A program made the translations under genes and the position numbers. The notes under the pieces were generated by a model. That model did not search any database, was not told the DNA's origin, and saw only the letters and a list, made by a program, of their open reading frames with translations. Positions 45,911 through 56,422 of a stretch of DNA of 64,000 bases are shown here, one piece after another (the first letter of the stretch is position 1; each line of letters begins with the position of its first letter). The DNA lies in the NCBI GenBank assembly GCA_963702205.1, contig OY969724.1:864001-928000 (forward strand), in the 5' to 3' direction. The DNA is from an uncultured candidate division Zixibacteria bacterium (GTDB lineage Bacteria > Zixibacteria > MSB-5A5 > GN15 > PGXB01).

Positions 45911-47353
45911 TCAGTGTACCATAGTTTTATGTATGATATGATTCGATTTTTTTATCAAATGCGGAAAGAAATGTATGCTCAGCGCCAGCCGCCTTAATAA
46001 AACGTGCCCCATGAAGTTGATCAGAATCGGGACGCCCTTCTCGGTCGGGCCTTTGTACCTAAGCAGGGTCAGGACGGCAATAAAACGCAGGAAACTGGAA
46101 ATTGCGAAAAGGACGTGGTAATTGATAATCGTCTGCGGCCCAAGCCTGAAACTGAATCCGGACAGTGATTCCGAAATCAAGCCGCCGAGAATCGACGCGG
46201 TAAAGAAGGCCAGGCCGGAGATGACGGAAAACGCCGCCAGGTATGAGGCGCGTTCCTTTGCCGGACTCGCAGCGATTGGCATATTGAACGCGGCCAGGTT
46301 GAACCCCGCCCAGAGGACGCCGGTGTACATCGCTTCGAAACCGAGGATCCAGATGAAACCGGGCCGGGGCAGCCACCATATCATAGGAATGAAGGCGATA
46401 CCCAGCGCGCTCAGCGCCAGGACCGACCGCGACCCGAACCGGTCGATCAGCTTCCCCCAGGTTTTGCTGCAAAAGACGGCGATCGATGAGACAATGACCG
46501 AATATATCGCGATTTCGACAAAACTCATTTTGAGAAATTCCAGCATGTGCACCGCGAAAAATATGGCCGAAATGCCTATGGCGAAATTCCACATGAAAAA
46601 CATTTTCAAAAGACTGACGTATTGCGCGTCTTTGAACGGACGCAGCATGTCTTTGATAGTGCAGGTACCGTGGTTCAACTCGGGCGTTCGGTACGGAAGC
46701 CCTTTCAGTTTATGCGATGCGGCCAGACCGAATCCGACCGCCAGCACGATCAAGACGCTGTACCCGACCGGCTCCAGGTGACGGATGCGCATCTGGTCGA
46801 TAATGACCCCGGCCGAAAGGGTAGTAAGTACGGTCGAGATCGATATAGCCGTATTGCGCCGTCCGAAATACCGTCCGCGAATCGGTGCGGGGACCAAATG
46901 CGACATCCACGTCAGCCAGGCCGGCGTCGCCAGCATGATCGAGGCGCTGGAAATCAGGACGATTATAAGAAATATCCCGAAGCGCGCGGAGATTGGCATG
47001 AATAAAAGCGGGATGGTAAGGACCCAGATGGTTCTTCCGGCAGTGAGGCCGCGTATGGCGAGAGTTTTATACCCTCCGGTAAGGCCCGACAGGTATCCGG
47101 AACAAAGCTGCAGGACCTGCGATAGAAATGGTATCGAAGCCAAAAGGCCAATTTCGAAATCTCCCGCGCCAAGGTATATGGCCAGGCCGGACAAAAAAGC
47201 CCCGCCGGTGACGATGACGAAGACATTGGAAAAAGCACCTTCGAACGTTATGGATGACAGGGCCCGTCGCCATTCCCGGTCGCGCTCGCGGCGATGATTG
47301 ACTTCGGGCGCGGCGGCGTTTTCCGAATCGGTATGTTCGGTGGAGCAATGCAT
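45911..47353 (-). CDS. MFS transporter
   Basis: About 12 hydrophobic segments; RGRYFGRRN, WGKLIDRFGSR. Confidence 0.85.
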   Translation of the reverse strand: MHCSTEHTDSENAAAPEVNHRRERDREWRRALSSITFEGAFSNVFVIVTGGAFLSGLAIYLGAGDFEIGLLASIPFLSQVLQLCSGYLSGLTGGYKTLAIRGLTAGRTIWVLTIPLLFMPISARFGIFLIIVLISSASIMLATPAWLTWMSHLVPAPIRGRYFGRRNTAISISTVLTTLSAGVIIDQMRIRHLEPVGYSVLIVLAVGFGLAASHKLKGLPYRTPELNHGTCTIKDMLRPFKDAQYVSLLKMFFMWNFAIGISAIFFAVHMLEFLKMSFVEIAIYSVIVSSIAVFCSKTWGKLIDRFGSRSVLALSALGIAFIPMIWWLPRPGFIWILGFEAMYTGVLWAGFNLAAFNMPIAASPAKERASYLAAFSVISGLAFFTASILGGLISESLSGFSFRLGPQTIINYHVLFAISSFLRFIAVLTLLRYKGPTEKGVPILINFMGHVLLRRLALSIHFFPHLIKKSNHIIHKTMVH

Positions 47354-47368
47354 GATAACATTATCGGA

Positions 47369-48730
47369 TTACCAGGGTGAATATGTATCTCTGGTTTCTT
47401 TAATTATTTCGGTCGTACCGTTGTTTTCATGCAGGACGACGACGTCCGGTATCGGCTTGATGAAATCCTGACGCAGGCTGTAGGTATAGGCACCCTGATC
47501 CGGGACGAGCAGAATGTCGCCCGGGTTAATGTCCCGGCCGTGATAGGCATAGCCCCAAACGTCGTGCGGAGTGCACAGGGAACCGAATACATAGCAGGTA
47601 TTTTCCTGCAAGTCCGGGCTGGTCAGGTTGATGATCGGGAAATAGTCGCTTTCGTAGCGCTCCCACCCGACCATGTTTATGCCTCCGTCGGTGACGACCA
47701 AGTCCTTGGCTTTTTTGTCGACGACCGAAAGCAGAACGTGCATGGAACCGTGCGATACCCACCGCCCCGGTTCGGCGAAGATAGTGCAATGAATCTGATT
47801 GAAGATTTCCTCCCGGAGTGCGCGACCCAGCTCACGCGCGAAAGCATCCAGCGGCACGGCTTCATTGTGATAGTGCGTCTGACCGGTATCGGCGGTATTT
47901 TCAAGACACTGAAGGAGACGGCCTTCCGTGGTCGCCGACGGCTGCAGCCATTCTCCCTGCGGCGGCCAGTAGCCCCCGCCGATATCAATGAATTCGATCT
48001 GGTGGTGCACCTGAGGAGGCAAGGTTTCGATTTCTTTACCAATCTTTTTGATAAATCTGGTCTGGGCCTGAGGATTCATATTCCAGCTCGTATGAAACTG
48101 CAGCCCGCGAAGCTTTATATAGTCGCTCTCGGCGGCACTGTGGAAAAAGCGTCCCAGTTCGCTTAGCGGTATTCCGAATTTCCTCCAAAGACCCTCTTCC
48201 TGCGTGGTCAGACGAACTCCAGCCCGAAGGAATATTTTGTGCGCCGCTATCATACTTTTAATGCGTTCCAGTTCTCCGAAGCTGTCTATTAAGAGAACGA
48301 CCTTATCGTTGTTTTCAAGCGCCAGCAGAAGTTCGTCATCGGTTTTTCCGGGTCCGCTGAAAATTATATTCGTCACCCCGGCGTTCAGCACCATTTCGAG
48401 TTCCCGGCCGCTGGACACGTCGCATCCGAAATCCATTTCGGTCAGTGTCTGCACTATGGCCGGGTGATTGTTGCTTTTGACGGCATAGTACGGCTGAAAC
48501 GAGGGTATTTCCGACGCCATCGTATCGTTGAATTTCCGGGCGCTTTCCTTGAGAGCCTTGATATCCAATATATAAAGGGGAGTCTGGTGCCGGCGCGCGA
48601 TGTCCAGAAATATCTCCCGGTCGTTGACGAATTCACGGACGTAGTCATCCAGTATGCTCTGGTCGAGCATCGGGGTGGGGTTGTTCAAAATGTGTTCGGC
48701 CTGACGGATCAGGCGGATATTTTTGTCCAT
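47369..48730 (-). CDS. Group IV PLP-dependent decarboxylase (Orn/DAP/Arg family)
   Basis: YAVKSN, DVSSGREL, FSGPGKT, KFG, IDIGGG, EPGR, GSLCTPHD, GAYT. Confidence 0.85.
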   Translation of the reverse strand: MDKNIRLIRQAEHILNNPTPMLDQSILDDYVREFVNDREIFLDIARRHQTPLYILDIKALKESARKFNDTMASEIPSFQPYYAVKSNNHPAIVQTLTEMDFGCDVSSGRELEMVLNAGVTNIIFSGPGKTDDELLLALENNDKVVLLIDSFGELERIKSMIAAHKIFLRAGVRLTTQEEGLWRKFGIPLSELGRFFHSAAESDYIKLRGLQFHTSWNMNPQAQTRFIKKIGKEIETLPPQVHHQIEFIDIGGGYWPPQGEWLQPSATTEGRLLQCLENTADTGQTHYHNEAVPLDAFARELGRALREEIFNQIHCTIFAEPGRWVSHGSMHVLLSVVDKKAKDLVVTDGGINMVGWERYESDYFPIINLTSPDLQENTCYVFGSLCTPHDVWGYAYHGRDINPGDILLVPDQGAYTYSLRQDFIKPIPDVVVLHENNGTTEIIKETRDTYSPW

Positions 48731-50013
48731 TTTGACATCTCCATTTGGATTTTTACTTTTGAAGCCAGGTTCTGGCATTCATCGGCGATGGTGCCGCCAG
48801 CCGTCGGCGTGAATATGATATGGCCGAGAATGCGCGAATCGTAATCATCGGGCGGCATGATGACTTCGTGCCCCATGGGGTACTTGAATGAAATTTCCAT
48901 GATTTTCGGATCGTCCTCAAAAGCAGTGCAATCGATATCGGCCACGATGCCGTCGTGTTCGGCGAAAATGCGCAGGCCAACCAGCGGTCCGGCCGTCTTT
49001 ATATTGGGAAGCACGACCGGTTTTTTCTCGGCGAAATCGAGCGACAAATCTAAAATGTCAATTCCGAGGCTGCGTTTAATGAGGTACGGCAGACAGTCGC
49101 CGCCCGGACGCGGGCTCATTTCGAGGAGCCATATATTATCGTGATGAACCATGAAGTCAACCATGCATATAGCCCGCTTTATGCCCAGCACCTTCGCGGC
49201 CGCCTCGAGAGTCTGCACGAGATTCTCGGTGCTGACGGCCTCGGGCAGTTCCGCCGGAATAAGATAAGCCAGAGTCGTACCGAACGTCTGATCGGTCGCC
49301 GGTATTTTTTTTGCGATGCGTATAATTTCCAGCCGGTCGTGGTCGATGATGAAATCACAACTGTATTCGCGGCCTCCAATATATTCCTCGACGATAAACT
49401 GACCGGATTCAAACACTCTGTCCGGATTTATTTCTTCGTCCGAAATTTTGTCACCGTTCCTGTTGGCCATCCGTGAAGAAATGCATTTTATGGCGTCATA
49501 GCATTCCGATCTGTCGGAGCACTTGAAAGTCAGTTCGCTGCCGCTGCCGTTTTGCGGTTTGATGACGATCGGCCCGCCGATTTCCTCGAGGAATTTCAAT
49601 ATATCGGTGGCAGTGGTGATACATTGCGTTTTCGGGCTGGCAATTCCGGTGCGATGCCAGATGTGCTTGGACAGGAATTTATCCCGGCAATTGACGATGG
49701 TCTGGCTGTCAGGAAAAGCCAGCTGCAGTGACTCGGCCAGAAACGCCGCCAGGTTCATGGATTCGCAGTCGTAGCAGGTAATACCGGTAAGAGAAATCTC
49801 CCTATCGTTGATAAAAGCCTCCACTTCATGCAGGACTTTATCGAAATCATCGAGGTCGGATAATATTTCCGGCGAATTTTCCGGCGCGAGTTGGGGATAG
49901 CGGCTGCGTTCGGCCGATGCCGTGACGAACAGACAGCGTCCCGGATGTTCTTTATCCAGCAGAGAAATATAATCCGAGGTCGTCCCGACCACTATAATGG
50001 CGGTTTTATTCAT
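48709..50013 (-). CDS. ATP-grasp ligase (L-amino acid ligase-like)
   Basis: CRDKFLSK, VIKPQNGSGS, VEEYIGGREYS, LLEMSPRPGGD. Confidence 0.85.
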   Translation of the reverse strand: MNKTAIIVVGTTSDYISLLDKEHPGRCLFVTASAERSRYPQLAPENSPEILSDLDDFDKVLHEVEAFINDREISLTGITCYDCESMNLAAFLAESLQLAFPDSQTIVNCRDKFLSKHIWHRTGIASPKTQCITTATDILKFLEEIGGPIVIKPQNGSGSELTFKCSDRSECYDAIKCISSRMANRNGDKISDEEINPDRVFESGQFIVEEYIGGREYSCDFIIDHDRLEIIRIAKKIPATDQTFGTTLAYLIPAELPEAVSTENLVQTLEAAAKVLGIKRAICMVDFMVHHDNIWLLEMSPRPGGDCLPYLIKRSLGIDILDLSLDFAEKKPVVLPNIKTAGPLVGLRIFAEHDGIVADIDCTAFEDDPKIMEISFKYPMGHEVIMPPDDYDSRILGHIIFTPTAGGTIADECQNLASKVKIQMEMSKWTKISA

Positions 50014-50031
50014 ATAAATTATACTCCACAG

Positions 50032-51003
50032 CTAACCCGCCGCTTGCGAAATATTGTCGGCCCTCTCGGCGTCTCTGTACTGCGGCATCACGGCCGCAAT
50101 GTCGGTCATCAAAAACAAAGGTCGGGGTGAAAGATGAAACAGGTTCTTCCATGAAAAATCGCCGCACAAAAAATCGGCCCGATCAAATCGCCGTTGACAG
50201 GCGTACTCCATATGGTGCAGGTTAATCAACTTGGCGATTCCCGGGACGTCGGCGCTGGTTCCCCCGCCCAGAAGAGTATACGCGTTGTTATATATGCAGC
50301 CCAAATCAACGGCGGCGATGCGGTTGTCGACCAAAACCGTAGTGATACGCATCCAGCCGTTGTCGCGGCAGAAATTCATGACATCGCGGAAGCTTTCGCG
50401 AAAACGGGTGTCATAGAAGTACGAGTTATGCTCGAACCGGTCGGTATTCAGGCTGACCAGATGCTCGAAATCGGCCGGATCGTCGTAACGGAAACCGAGA
50501 CCGAGGTCTTTTATTTTCCCAATATCCCTCATGATTTTCTTGTGCGTCTTGTGGGAAAACAACTGAAAATAGTTCTGCATGTCAAAGTCGAAATCGGGAG
50601 GGTTGAACAGGTAGCCGATTTCATCGACAATGTGCGACAGTTCGGCGACGTTTTCCTGCGGCAGCAGATAGCGAAGATGGTACTCCGACGGACAGGCCTC
50701 GATCATCGCCTCGAGGACGTGTCTATCGCGGCAGATAATCCGGTTCTGTTCCAGCCAGGTTTTACCCTGCCAGGTTTCACCGGGGAAATAGGCGAAGCTG
50801 TTTTTTTCTTCGACCCAGCTCAGCGGCAGGAAGCCGACGATTTCGCCGTCGTCTTCGGCCAGAATAAAACGCAGAGGGCGGTTATAATGCCGATGGAAAC
50901 ACAGGCGAAATTCCCAGAGGTCGCTGACCATATCCTTCGGCATTATTTTATTCCACAGGGCCCGGCCTTCGTCGAAGTCGGTAATGATCCGTATGGTTAG
51001 CAT
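50032..51003 (-). CDS. GNAT-fold N-acyltransferase (CelD/BcsL-like)
   Basis: IVGFLPL; C-terminal IAAVDLG...GIAKLI...DFLCGDFSWK. Confidence 0.7.
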   Translation of the reverse strand: MLTIRIITDFDEGRALWNKIMPKDMVSDLWEFRLCFHRHYNRPLRFILAEDDGEIVGFLPLSWVEEKNSFAYFPGETWQGKTWLEQNRIICRDRHVLEAMIEACPSEYHLRYLLPQENVAELSHIVDEIGYLFNPPDFDFDMQNYFQLFSHKTHKKIMRDIGKIKDLGLGFRYDDPADFEHLVSLNTDRFEHNSYFYDTRFRESFRDVMNFCRDNGWMRITTVLVDNRIAAVDLGCIYNNAYTLLGGGTSADVPGIAKLINLHHMEYACQRRFDRADFLCGDFSWKNLFHLSPRPLFLMTDIAAVMPQYRDAERADNISQAAG

Positions 51004-51006
51004 GGT

Positions 51007-51456
51007 TTAGTGTCTCAAATTGGAATTTACCGTACAGCGTTTGCCGCCGAAAAATTTCGTAGCGAATTCTTCCACGGTTTTCGGATCATACGGTTTGCAG
51101 CTGAAAACGTCGAGATAAGTGGTATTGGTCAGGTTGGCGAAATGGGCCGAAATCAGCGACGTCTCGATAAGCTGTACCATGGAATACCCGGCGACCTTTT
51201 CGTCCTCGCCGAAATGGACGACCTGCGTCTCGCCGAAACGCTTCATTTCGATAAGATCGCATAGTTCTTTGACAAACTGCTTGATCTTTTCGGCATTCCT
51301 GATCGACTCCGGGTCACAGTCATAAATGTCGAAACTACAAGCCAGGCCCCAGATACCGGTCAGGTTCTTATAATCCACATTTTTGTCGGAGGCCGGATTA
51401 TTGGCCTCAATAACGGCAGCCGTGTGAGCTACTTTTCTGGTTAAAGTCTTTTCCAT
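51007..51456 (-). CDS. S-adenosylmethionine decarboxylase-like (pyruvoyl) protein
   Basis: DIYDCD...ELCDLIEMK...GYSMVQLIETSLISAH...YLDVFSCK. Confidence 0.8.
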   Translation of the reverse strand: MEKTLTRKVAHTAAVIEANNPASDKNVDYKNLTGIWGLACSFDIYDCDPESIRNAEKIKQFVKELCDLIEMKRFGETQVVHFGEDEKVAGYSMVQLIETSLISAHFANLTNTTYLDVFSCKPYDPKTVEEFATKFFGGKRCTVNSNLRH

Positions 51457-51543
51457 CTGTTAAGTCCCAATCATGCTAAAGCGTTATCTTTATCGGCCGA
51501 CTCCGAAGGAGTCAGCCCGTTGGCTGACGATTAATTTCTCCTT

Positions 51544-52089
51544 TTAGGGGTTCTTCAAAACTGCGTCAATAACGTGAATAATGCCGTTGGAGCATTCAAT
51601 CTCCTCGTCGAGCACTTCGGCGTTATTGACTTTTACCTTTTCCTCGTCGGCCGTGATATGGAGCGTATCTCCGCTCATAGCCACGACGTTGAGTGTATCA
51701 TCGCGGCCGAAAGTAATCGCGGCGTCGGCCACGATATGCCGCGAAAGCAATTTTTTCAATTCTTTTTTATCGGCCAGGACCTTTTTCAGCCATTTGGCGT
51801 CGACGGCCTTGAAAGCCGAATCATCGGGGATAAACACCGTATACGGTCCTTCACCGTTAAGAAGTTCGGCCACGTCCGAATCCTGCAGCATGGTAACAAA
51901 CGTACTTAGAGTCCCATAATCCTGCGCGGTCCTGACGACGTCGTAACTTTCGACAAGGCCGGTGTCTTCATCGCCTTCGACAGCCGGCTCATCGTCGTAA
52001 TCATCGACCCCGAGCGCGGCGGCCGCGGCGAGGATGATGATCAGCATCGAAAGCGCCATTAATATTCTTCTTTTCATATTTTTGTCCAT
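51544..52089 (-). CDS. Fasciclin (FAS1) domain secreted protein
   Basis: Signal peptide; GPYTVFIPDDSAF; SNGIIHVIDAVL. Confidence 0.9.
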   Translation of the reverse strand: MDKNMKRRILMALSMLIIILAAAAALGVDDYDDEPAVEGDEDTGLVESYDVVRTAQDYGTLSTFVTMLQDSDVAELLNGEGPYTVFIPDDSAFKAVDAKWLKKVLADKKELKKLLSRHIVADAAITFGRDDTLNVVAMSGDTLHITADEEKVKVNNAEVLDEEIECSNGIIHVIDAVLKNP

Positions 52090-52390
52090 CGGTCGGGTAC
52101 CTGAGCGAAGCCACGAGGATCATCGCGAATCCAGTCATAGACCGCCCCGGCCTCGCTTGCACTCTCGCTATTTTGTTGTTACTGGTTTCTGTGTTGCAAC
52201 CCATTGCTCGGGCTGCGGGGAAATTTAATTCGCGTCGGAAATCCTACGCCGCCTTTCCCCGTATCCGGCACGTCTTAATCATAAACCGTATCAAAGTGGC
52301 GACTCATTTTCGTGATAGCCACACTTAACAGTGCAACCTTGAATTTCCTCACATTAACGTTCACGGTTCTACCTGCCGATATATGTCCGG

Positions 52391-53038
52391 TTATTTGCCC
52401 GGCCCGCCCGGCAGAGCCTCCCTAATGAATTTAGCCAGGCTGGCGACGAAAGCACTTTTTAGAGACATGAATGATTTGTCCACGTCTTCGTCGTCAGTGG
52501 CCACGCTCGCGAAAGAATAGTACCCCGAAATAAAACCGGCGATAGCGCAGGCCAGACGGCGCAACCGTGGTTTTGAAATGGGCTGCTCGACGGCACCGTC
52601 GATTAACGTTTCGATTTTATCGAGGTACGGTAAAAAAGCCTGGTCGAGTCCTTCGTAACCCTGTTCCAGAGTAATGTCGGCCCGGCCCTGATAGTAAATC
52701 ACGAAATCGGCCCAGCGATTCCGGAAATATTCTATGTGCCCGCTGATCATCGCTTCCAGCAGGTCGTTCAGATCATCGAGGCCTTTGCATTTATTCCGTA
52801 TCTGTTCGGTCAGTTCTTCGAGAATGCTCGTAGTTAATGAACGAATCAAATCATCTTTATCATCGAAGTGATAATAGAACGTACCGCGTCCAAGGTCGGC
52901 GCGTTCGGTTATGTCGTCAATAGTTGTATAGTCCAAACCTTTTTCGACAAACACGTCTCGAGCAGCCTTCAAAAGCTTTTTCCTGGTTTTATTCAGGCGC
53001 CTTTGCTGGCGCGATTTAGGGCCGGATTCATGATCCAT
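52391..53038 (-). CDS. TetR/AcrR family regulator
   Basis: AARDVFVEKG..TTIDDITERADLGRGTFYYHFDDK; GGAG RBS before 53038. Confidence 0.9.
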   Translation of the reverse strand: MDHESGPKSRQQRRLNKTRKKLLKAARDVFVEKGLDYTTIDDITERADLGRGTFYYHFDDKDDLIRSLTTSILEELTEQIRNKCKGLDDLNDLLEAMISGHIEYFRNRWADFVIYYQGRADITLEQGYEGLDQAFLPYLDKIETLIDGAVEQPISKPRLRRLACAIAGFISGYYSFASVATDDEDVDKSFMSLKSAFVASLAKFIREALPGGPGK

Positions 53039-53078
53039 GGCCGCTCCATTTATTTGTGACGCTATCATCATATTCGAC

Positions 53079-53107
53079 ATTATCGTCAGTTATGAACGTA
53101 TTGTCAA
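53079..53107 (-). promoter_or_regulatory. Sigma70 promoter of tetR overlapped by TGAC-N6-GTC-like palindromes
   Basis: TTGACA-N17-GATAAT on - strand; TGACAATACGTTCA and TGACGATAATGTCG. Confidence 0.6.
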
Positions 53108-53564
53108 TAACATTTTAGCATAAAACAGATAATTTTGCAAAAAAGTTCAAATTTTGTTATGATTCATAATTGAATGGCGGCCAGTTGTTTATTCAGGTTC
53201 CAATAGTGGCGTAATCCAGGTTTTTTGCCGTCAATGAGAGCCACATATTAATCGTCGAATTACGGCTGTAACACATTGACATTTATTTGATTACGATTTT
53301 AAAATATTTATTATTTTAAATGGGGATGATCTTGAATCATCCCTCTGAGAACGTAACTTATTGATTATTAGCTACTTAGTTTCGTCGTCAAGTTCGCCGA
53401 GCTTGCGCCGGATGGCGAGCGGGCCAGCCCCAGTTGCGAAGCTCATAATCTGATCGAGCCTGGCCTGGTTTGCCTCGAATTTCTTACGAAGTCGCTACCG
53501 ATAGTGCCTGGAATTGATCCGGAAACCATCGGTCGTTCGGGGCGGAGCGTGTTCCTGTTTCATG

Positions 53565-54521
53565 TTAAGTCTTTCCCTCTGATGACAACCTGTATCTCTG
53601 TTCCAATTCCGCGCCGGACGGCGACAGATATTTGATCTTTTCGTATTCGATTTCCATCAATTCTTTGGTTTCGATCAGTTGCGCAACAATGCCGGGGGCC
53701 GCAAAGGCTCGTTCCAGTTCCAGGGCGCGGTCTTTCGCCAGCGGGTGTTTGCGGCTGATTTCAAGGAGCGCCTGCCGGGCGTCGATAAATCCCTCGACCT
53801 CGACCGAGCCCTCTTTCCACAGCGAGGCCGGGGCGATGTTGCCGAATTTGGACAGAGCGAATTCGATAATAGGAGTTTCGGCCGGAAGCACGTGGGGCTC
53901 GGCGGGCGGTGAGGTCAGAGTCCGAACATAAATCTGATTGGGATGGATTTTTTGAATCGTTTCGGAAATGGATATGATGGGCCGGTGGGCGTCGTTGACA
54001 CTTTTGATCAGCATAACGTCGATCCATATCTGTCCGTCGAATTCACCACGGAATTTTATCATGCCGCCGATAATCATGTTGTAATCGAGATTGTTAAGCG
54101 GCCGGTTGAGTTTAAGGAAATCGCCCTCATTCCCGGCGTCGATCCCGATTATCACCACTTCCGCGCCGGCCAAATCCTGACGCACGTCCTTGCGGAACAA
54201 TAGCGAACCATTGGTGCAGACAACGACCGGGACTTGCACTTTCAGGCGGGTCTGTTCGATCAGACGCCCGAGTTCTCGGGAAAGAGTCGGTTCACCCTCA
54301 CCGATAAAAGATATGTGCCCGGGCGCGGTATGATACGCTCGGTTGATAATCTCGGCCATGATATCGTCGAAGGGATAAAACCTTTCACGCACGGAAGACT
54401 GAAAGCGCGTAGTTCCACAATGACAATAGAGACAATTGAAAGAACAGACGTTGGCGGGGACGATGTTTACGTAGAGAGTGCGTCCCAGTCGAATCGAATT
54501 TATCGGCCCGTAGGCATACAT
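53565..54521 (-). CDS. Radical SAM Fe-S oxidoreductase (COG0731-like)
   Basis: YGPINSIRLGRTL, CSFNCLYC, GEGEPTL, TNGSLL. Confidence 0.85.
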   Translation of the reverse strand: MYAYGPINSIRLGRTLYVNIVPANVCSFNCLYCHCGTTRFQSSVRERFYPFDDIMAEIINRAYHTAPGHISFIGEGEPTLSRELGRLIEQTRLKVQVPVVVCTNGSLLFRKDVRQDLAGAEVVIIGIDAGNEGDFLKLNRPLNNLDYNMIIGGMIKFRGEFDGQIWIDVMLIKSVNDAHRPIISISETIQKIHPNQIYVRTLTSPPAEPHVLPAETPIIEFALSKFGNIAPASLWKEGSVEVEGFIDARQALLEISRKHPLAKDRALELERAFAAPGIVAQLIETKELMEIEYEKIKYLSPSGAELEQRYRLSSEGKT

Positions 54522-54586
54522 TTCATTTTCTTCCTGCCGCAACAAGGCGGCCCGTACACAAGATTTTCATCCGGTACAGGGGTAAA

Positions 54587-54603
54587 GACAAAAGACATGC
54601 CAA
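54587..54603 (-). promoter_or_regulatory. Putative sigma54 promoter
   Basis: TTGGCATGTCTTTTGTC (GG-N10-GT) downstream of XylR-type activator. Confidence 0.55.
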
Positions 54604-54802
54604 ACGCCTTTGGGCTGGATGGGCAAATTCGCGAATAACGGCGATTTACCGTAACACATAACAATACAAGTGGTTAGAGTTTGACAATTTGAAGGTATAT
54701 ATAGAAATTAAAATATAAAAAACTGATTGCGACTAATAGTGGAGCGATCGGGATAATATAAGTACAAGTATTTTTCAAAATGAAAGACTTTGTTCTTACG
54801 AA

Positions 54803-56422
54803 TTATTTCAGTTCATATTCTTTCATTTTGCGCCATAACGTCGACGGGCTGATGCCGAGGATACGCGCGGCATGCGTTCGATTCCATGACGTCGCTTTGA
54901 GGACGGTGATGATGTGTCCCCTTTCGACGTCGGTCAGGCTTTTGTCCGGAGAATCGTTGCCCGATTCGAGGGCTTCTTTGTGGCGAATAAGGCGGCCCGG
55001 CAGATGCTCCGGGCGCACGACGCCGTCGTCGCTGAAAACGGCGCCTCGTTCGATGGCATTTTCCAGTTCCCTTACGTTGCCCGGCCAGGGGTACGATTGG
55101 AAATAGTCGATGCATTTGGCGTCGAGTTTGAGCCGGGCGATTCCCAGCCTCTTGCCCAGCCGGTTCGTGATGTGCCGGGCCAGAGGAAGAATGTCTTCTT
55201 TGCGCTCCCGCAGCGGGGGAATGTTGACTTCGATCACTTTTAAGCGATACAACAGGTCATCGCGGAAGGTGCCATCCTGCACCGCCTGGTCGAGGTCCTT
55301 GTTCGAGGCGGCAATGATCCGGACGTCCACTTTACGCGGGATGTTCTCCCCGATACGCAGGATTTCCTTCTCCTGAAGAACTCGGAGCAGTTTCAACTGA
55401 AGCTGCTGCGAAATGTCGCCGATTTCATCGAGGAATATGGTCCCCCTGGTGGCTTCCTCGAACAGGCCGGTACGATCGCGGATAGCCCCGGTGAATGACC
55501 CGGCTTTGTGCCCGAACAGCTCACTTTCGAGAAGACTTTCCGGCAAAGCGCCGCAGTTTATGGTGACAAACTGACCGCCTGAACGCGATGATTGCTTGTG
55601 GATGTAGCGGGCGAGGACTTCCTTGCCCACCCCACTTTCGCCGGTGATCAGTACCGAAGAATCGAAACGCGCCACCCGGTCGGCCATCTGCATGACAAGC
55701 TGCAGGGCCTTGCTGCGGTATTCCATAAAAAACGAACCGAGCGACCGTCCGGTCGGATCGAATTGATCCCGTCTTTTTTCGGACTCCTCGTCTTTTTCCA
55801 TGATTTTGGAGGCCAGACGGTCGACCGTTCCCTGAATGTCCTCGGCTTTGAAATACTTGATCTGGTCCTGAATCGCGCCGTGCCAGGAATCGACGTCGCG
55901 CCCCACGCCGGTGCAGACGCTGTCGCCTTTGGCCTGGCATTTATTTTCCACGAAATAGACTTTCCTTTTCAGGACAAACGACATATAGCCGCTGGCATAG
56001 CCGATTATTTTCCAGCAGGCTGGTTCTTTTGACCAGCCGGTTTCCATGAGATGTTCTTCGGCTTCGCCGGAGTCTTTCCATTCGATCCCCATATAAAAAT
56101 CATCATCATCAAGCCGCAGTTCTTTAATTTCCATCGTGGCCAGACCCTCGAGGTTCATCATCCTGAAGCCGGCCCGGATTTGTTCTTCGATATTGTCCCA
56201 TTTAAAGATCCGACGCAGTGCCGAGGCATCGGCCTGCCCCCAGAAATAGCCGAACCGGGTGAATATTCTCCTGGTATGTTCCAGCCCGAGCATATCAATA
56301 ATGTCTTTTCGGAAGTAACCGAAGGCGTGGATGGAATTGAGAACGAGGCGACGGCCATAAAAGTCAATATTGCCCTCGTTGAAAGTTGCGATTTCGTTCA
56401 GTTCGAGATCAGATGCTTTCAT
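54803..56422 (-). CDS. XylR/DmpR-type sigma54 activator (XylR_N, V4R, AAA+, HTH)
   Basis: RFGYFWG, EAEEH, CW...[39 protein letters not shown]. Confidence 0.9.
   Translation of the reverse strand: MKASDLELNEIATFNEGNIDFYGRRLVLNSIHAFGYFRKDIIDMLGLEHTRRIFTRFGYFWGQADASALRRIFKWDNIEEQIRAGFRMMNLEGLATMEIKELRLDDDDFYMGIEWKDSGEAEEHLMETGWSKEPACWKIIGYASGYMSFVLKRKVYFVENKCQAKGDSVCTGVGRDVDSWHGAIQDQIKYFKAEDIQGTVDRLASKIMEKDEESEKRRDQFDPTGRSLGSFFMEYRSKALQLVMQMADRVARFDSSVLITGESGVGKEVLARYIHKQSSRSGGQFVTINCGALPESLLESELFGHKAGSFTGAIRDRTGLFEEATRGTIFLDEIGDISQQLQLKLLRVLQEKEILRIGENIPRKVDVRIIAASNKDLDQAVQDGTFRDDLLYRLKVIEVNIPPLRERKEDILPLARHITNRLGKRLGIARLKLDAKCIDYFQSYPWPGNVRELENAIERGAVFSDDGVVRPEHLPGRLIRHKEALESGNDSPDKSLTDVERGHIITVLKATSWNRTHAARILGISPSTLWRKMKEYELK

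Noticed and set aside
47369..48730. Housekeeping lysA
   Set aside because: Family motifs present but HxGS is replaced by HTSW and the context is not lysine biosynthesis; symbol withheld
53375..53563. Small CDS after the radical SAM gene
   Set aside because: Only short broken frames; coding-like stretch lacks a start
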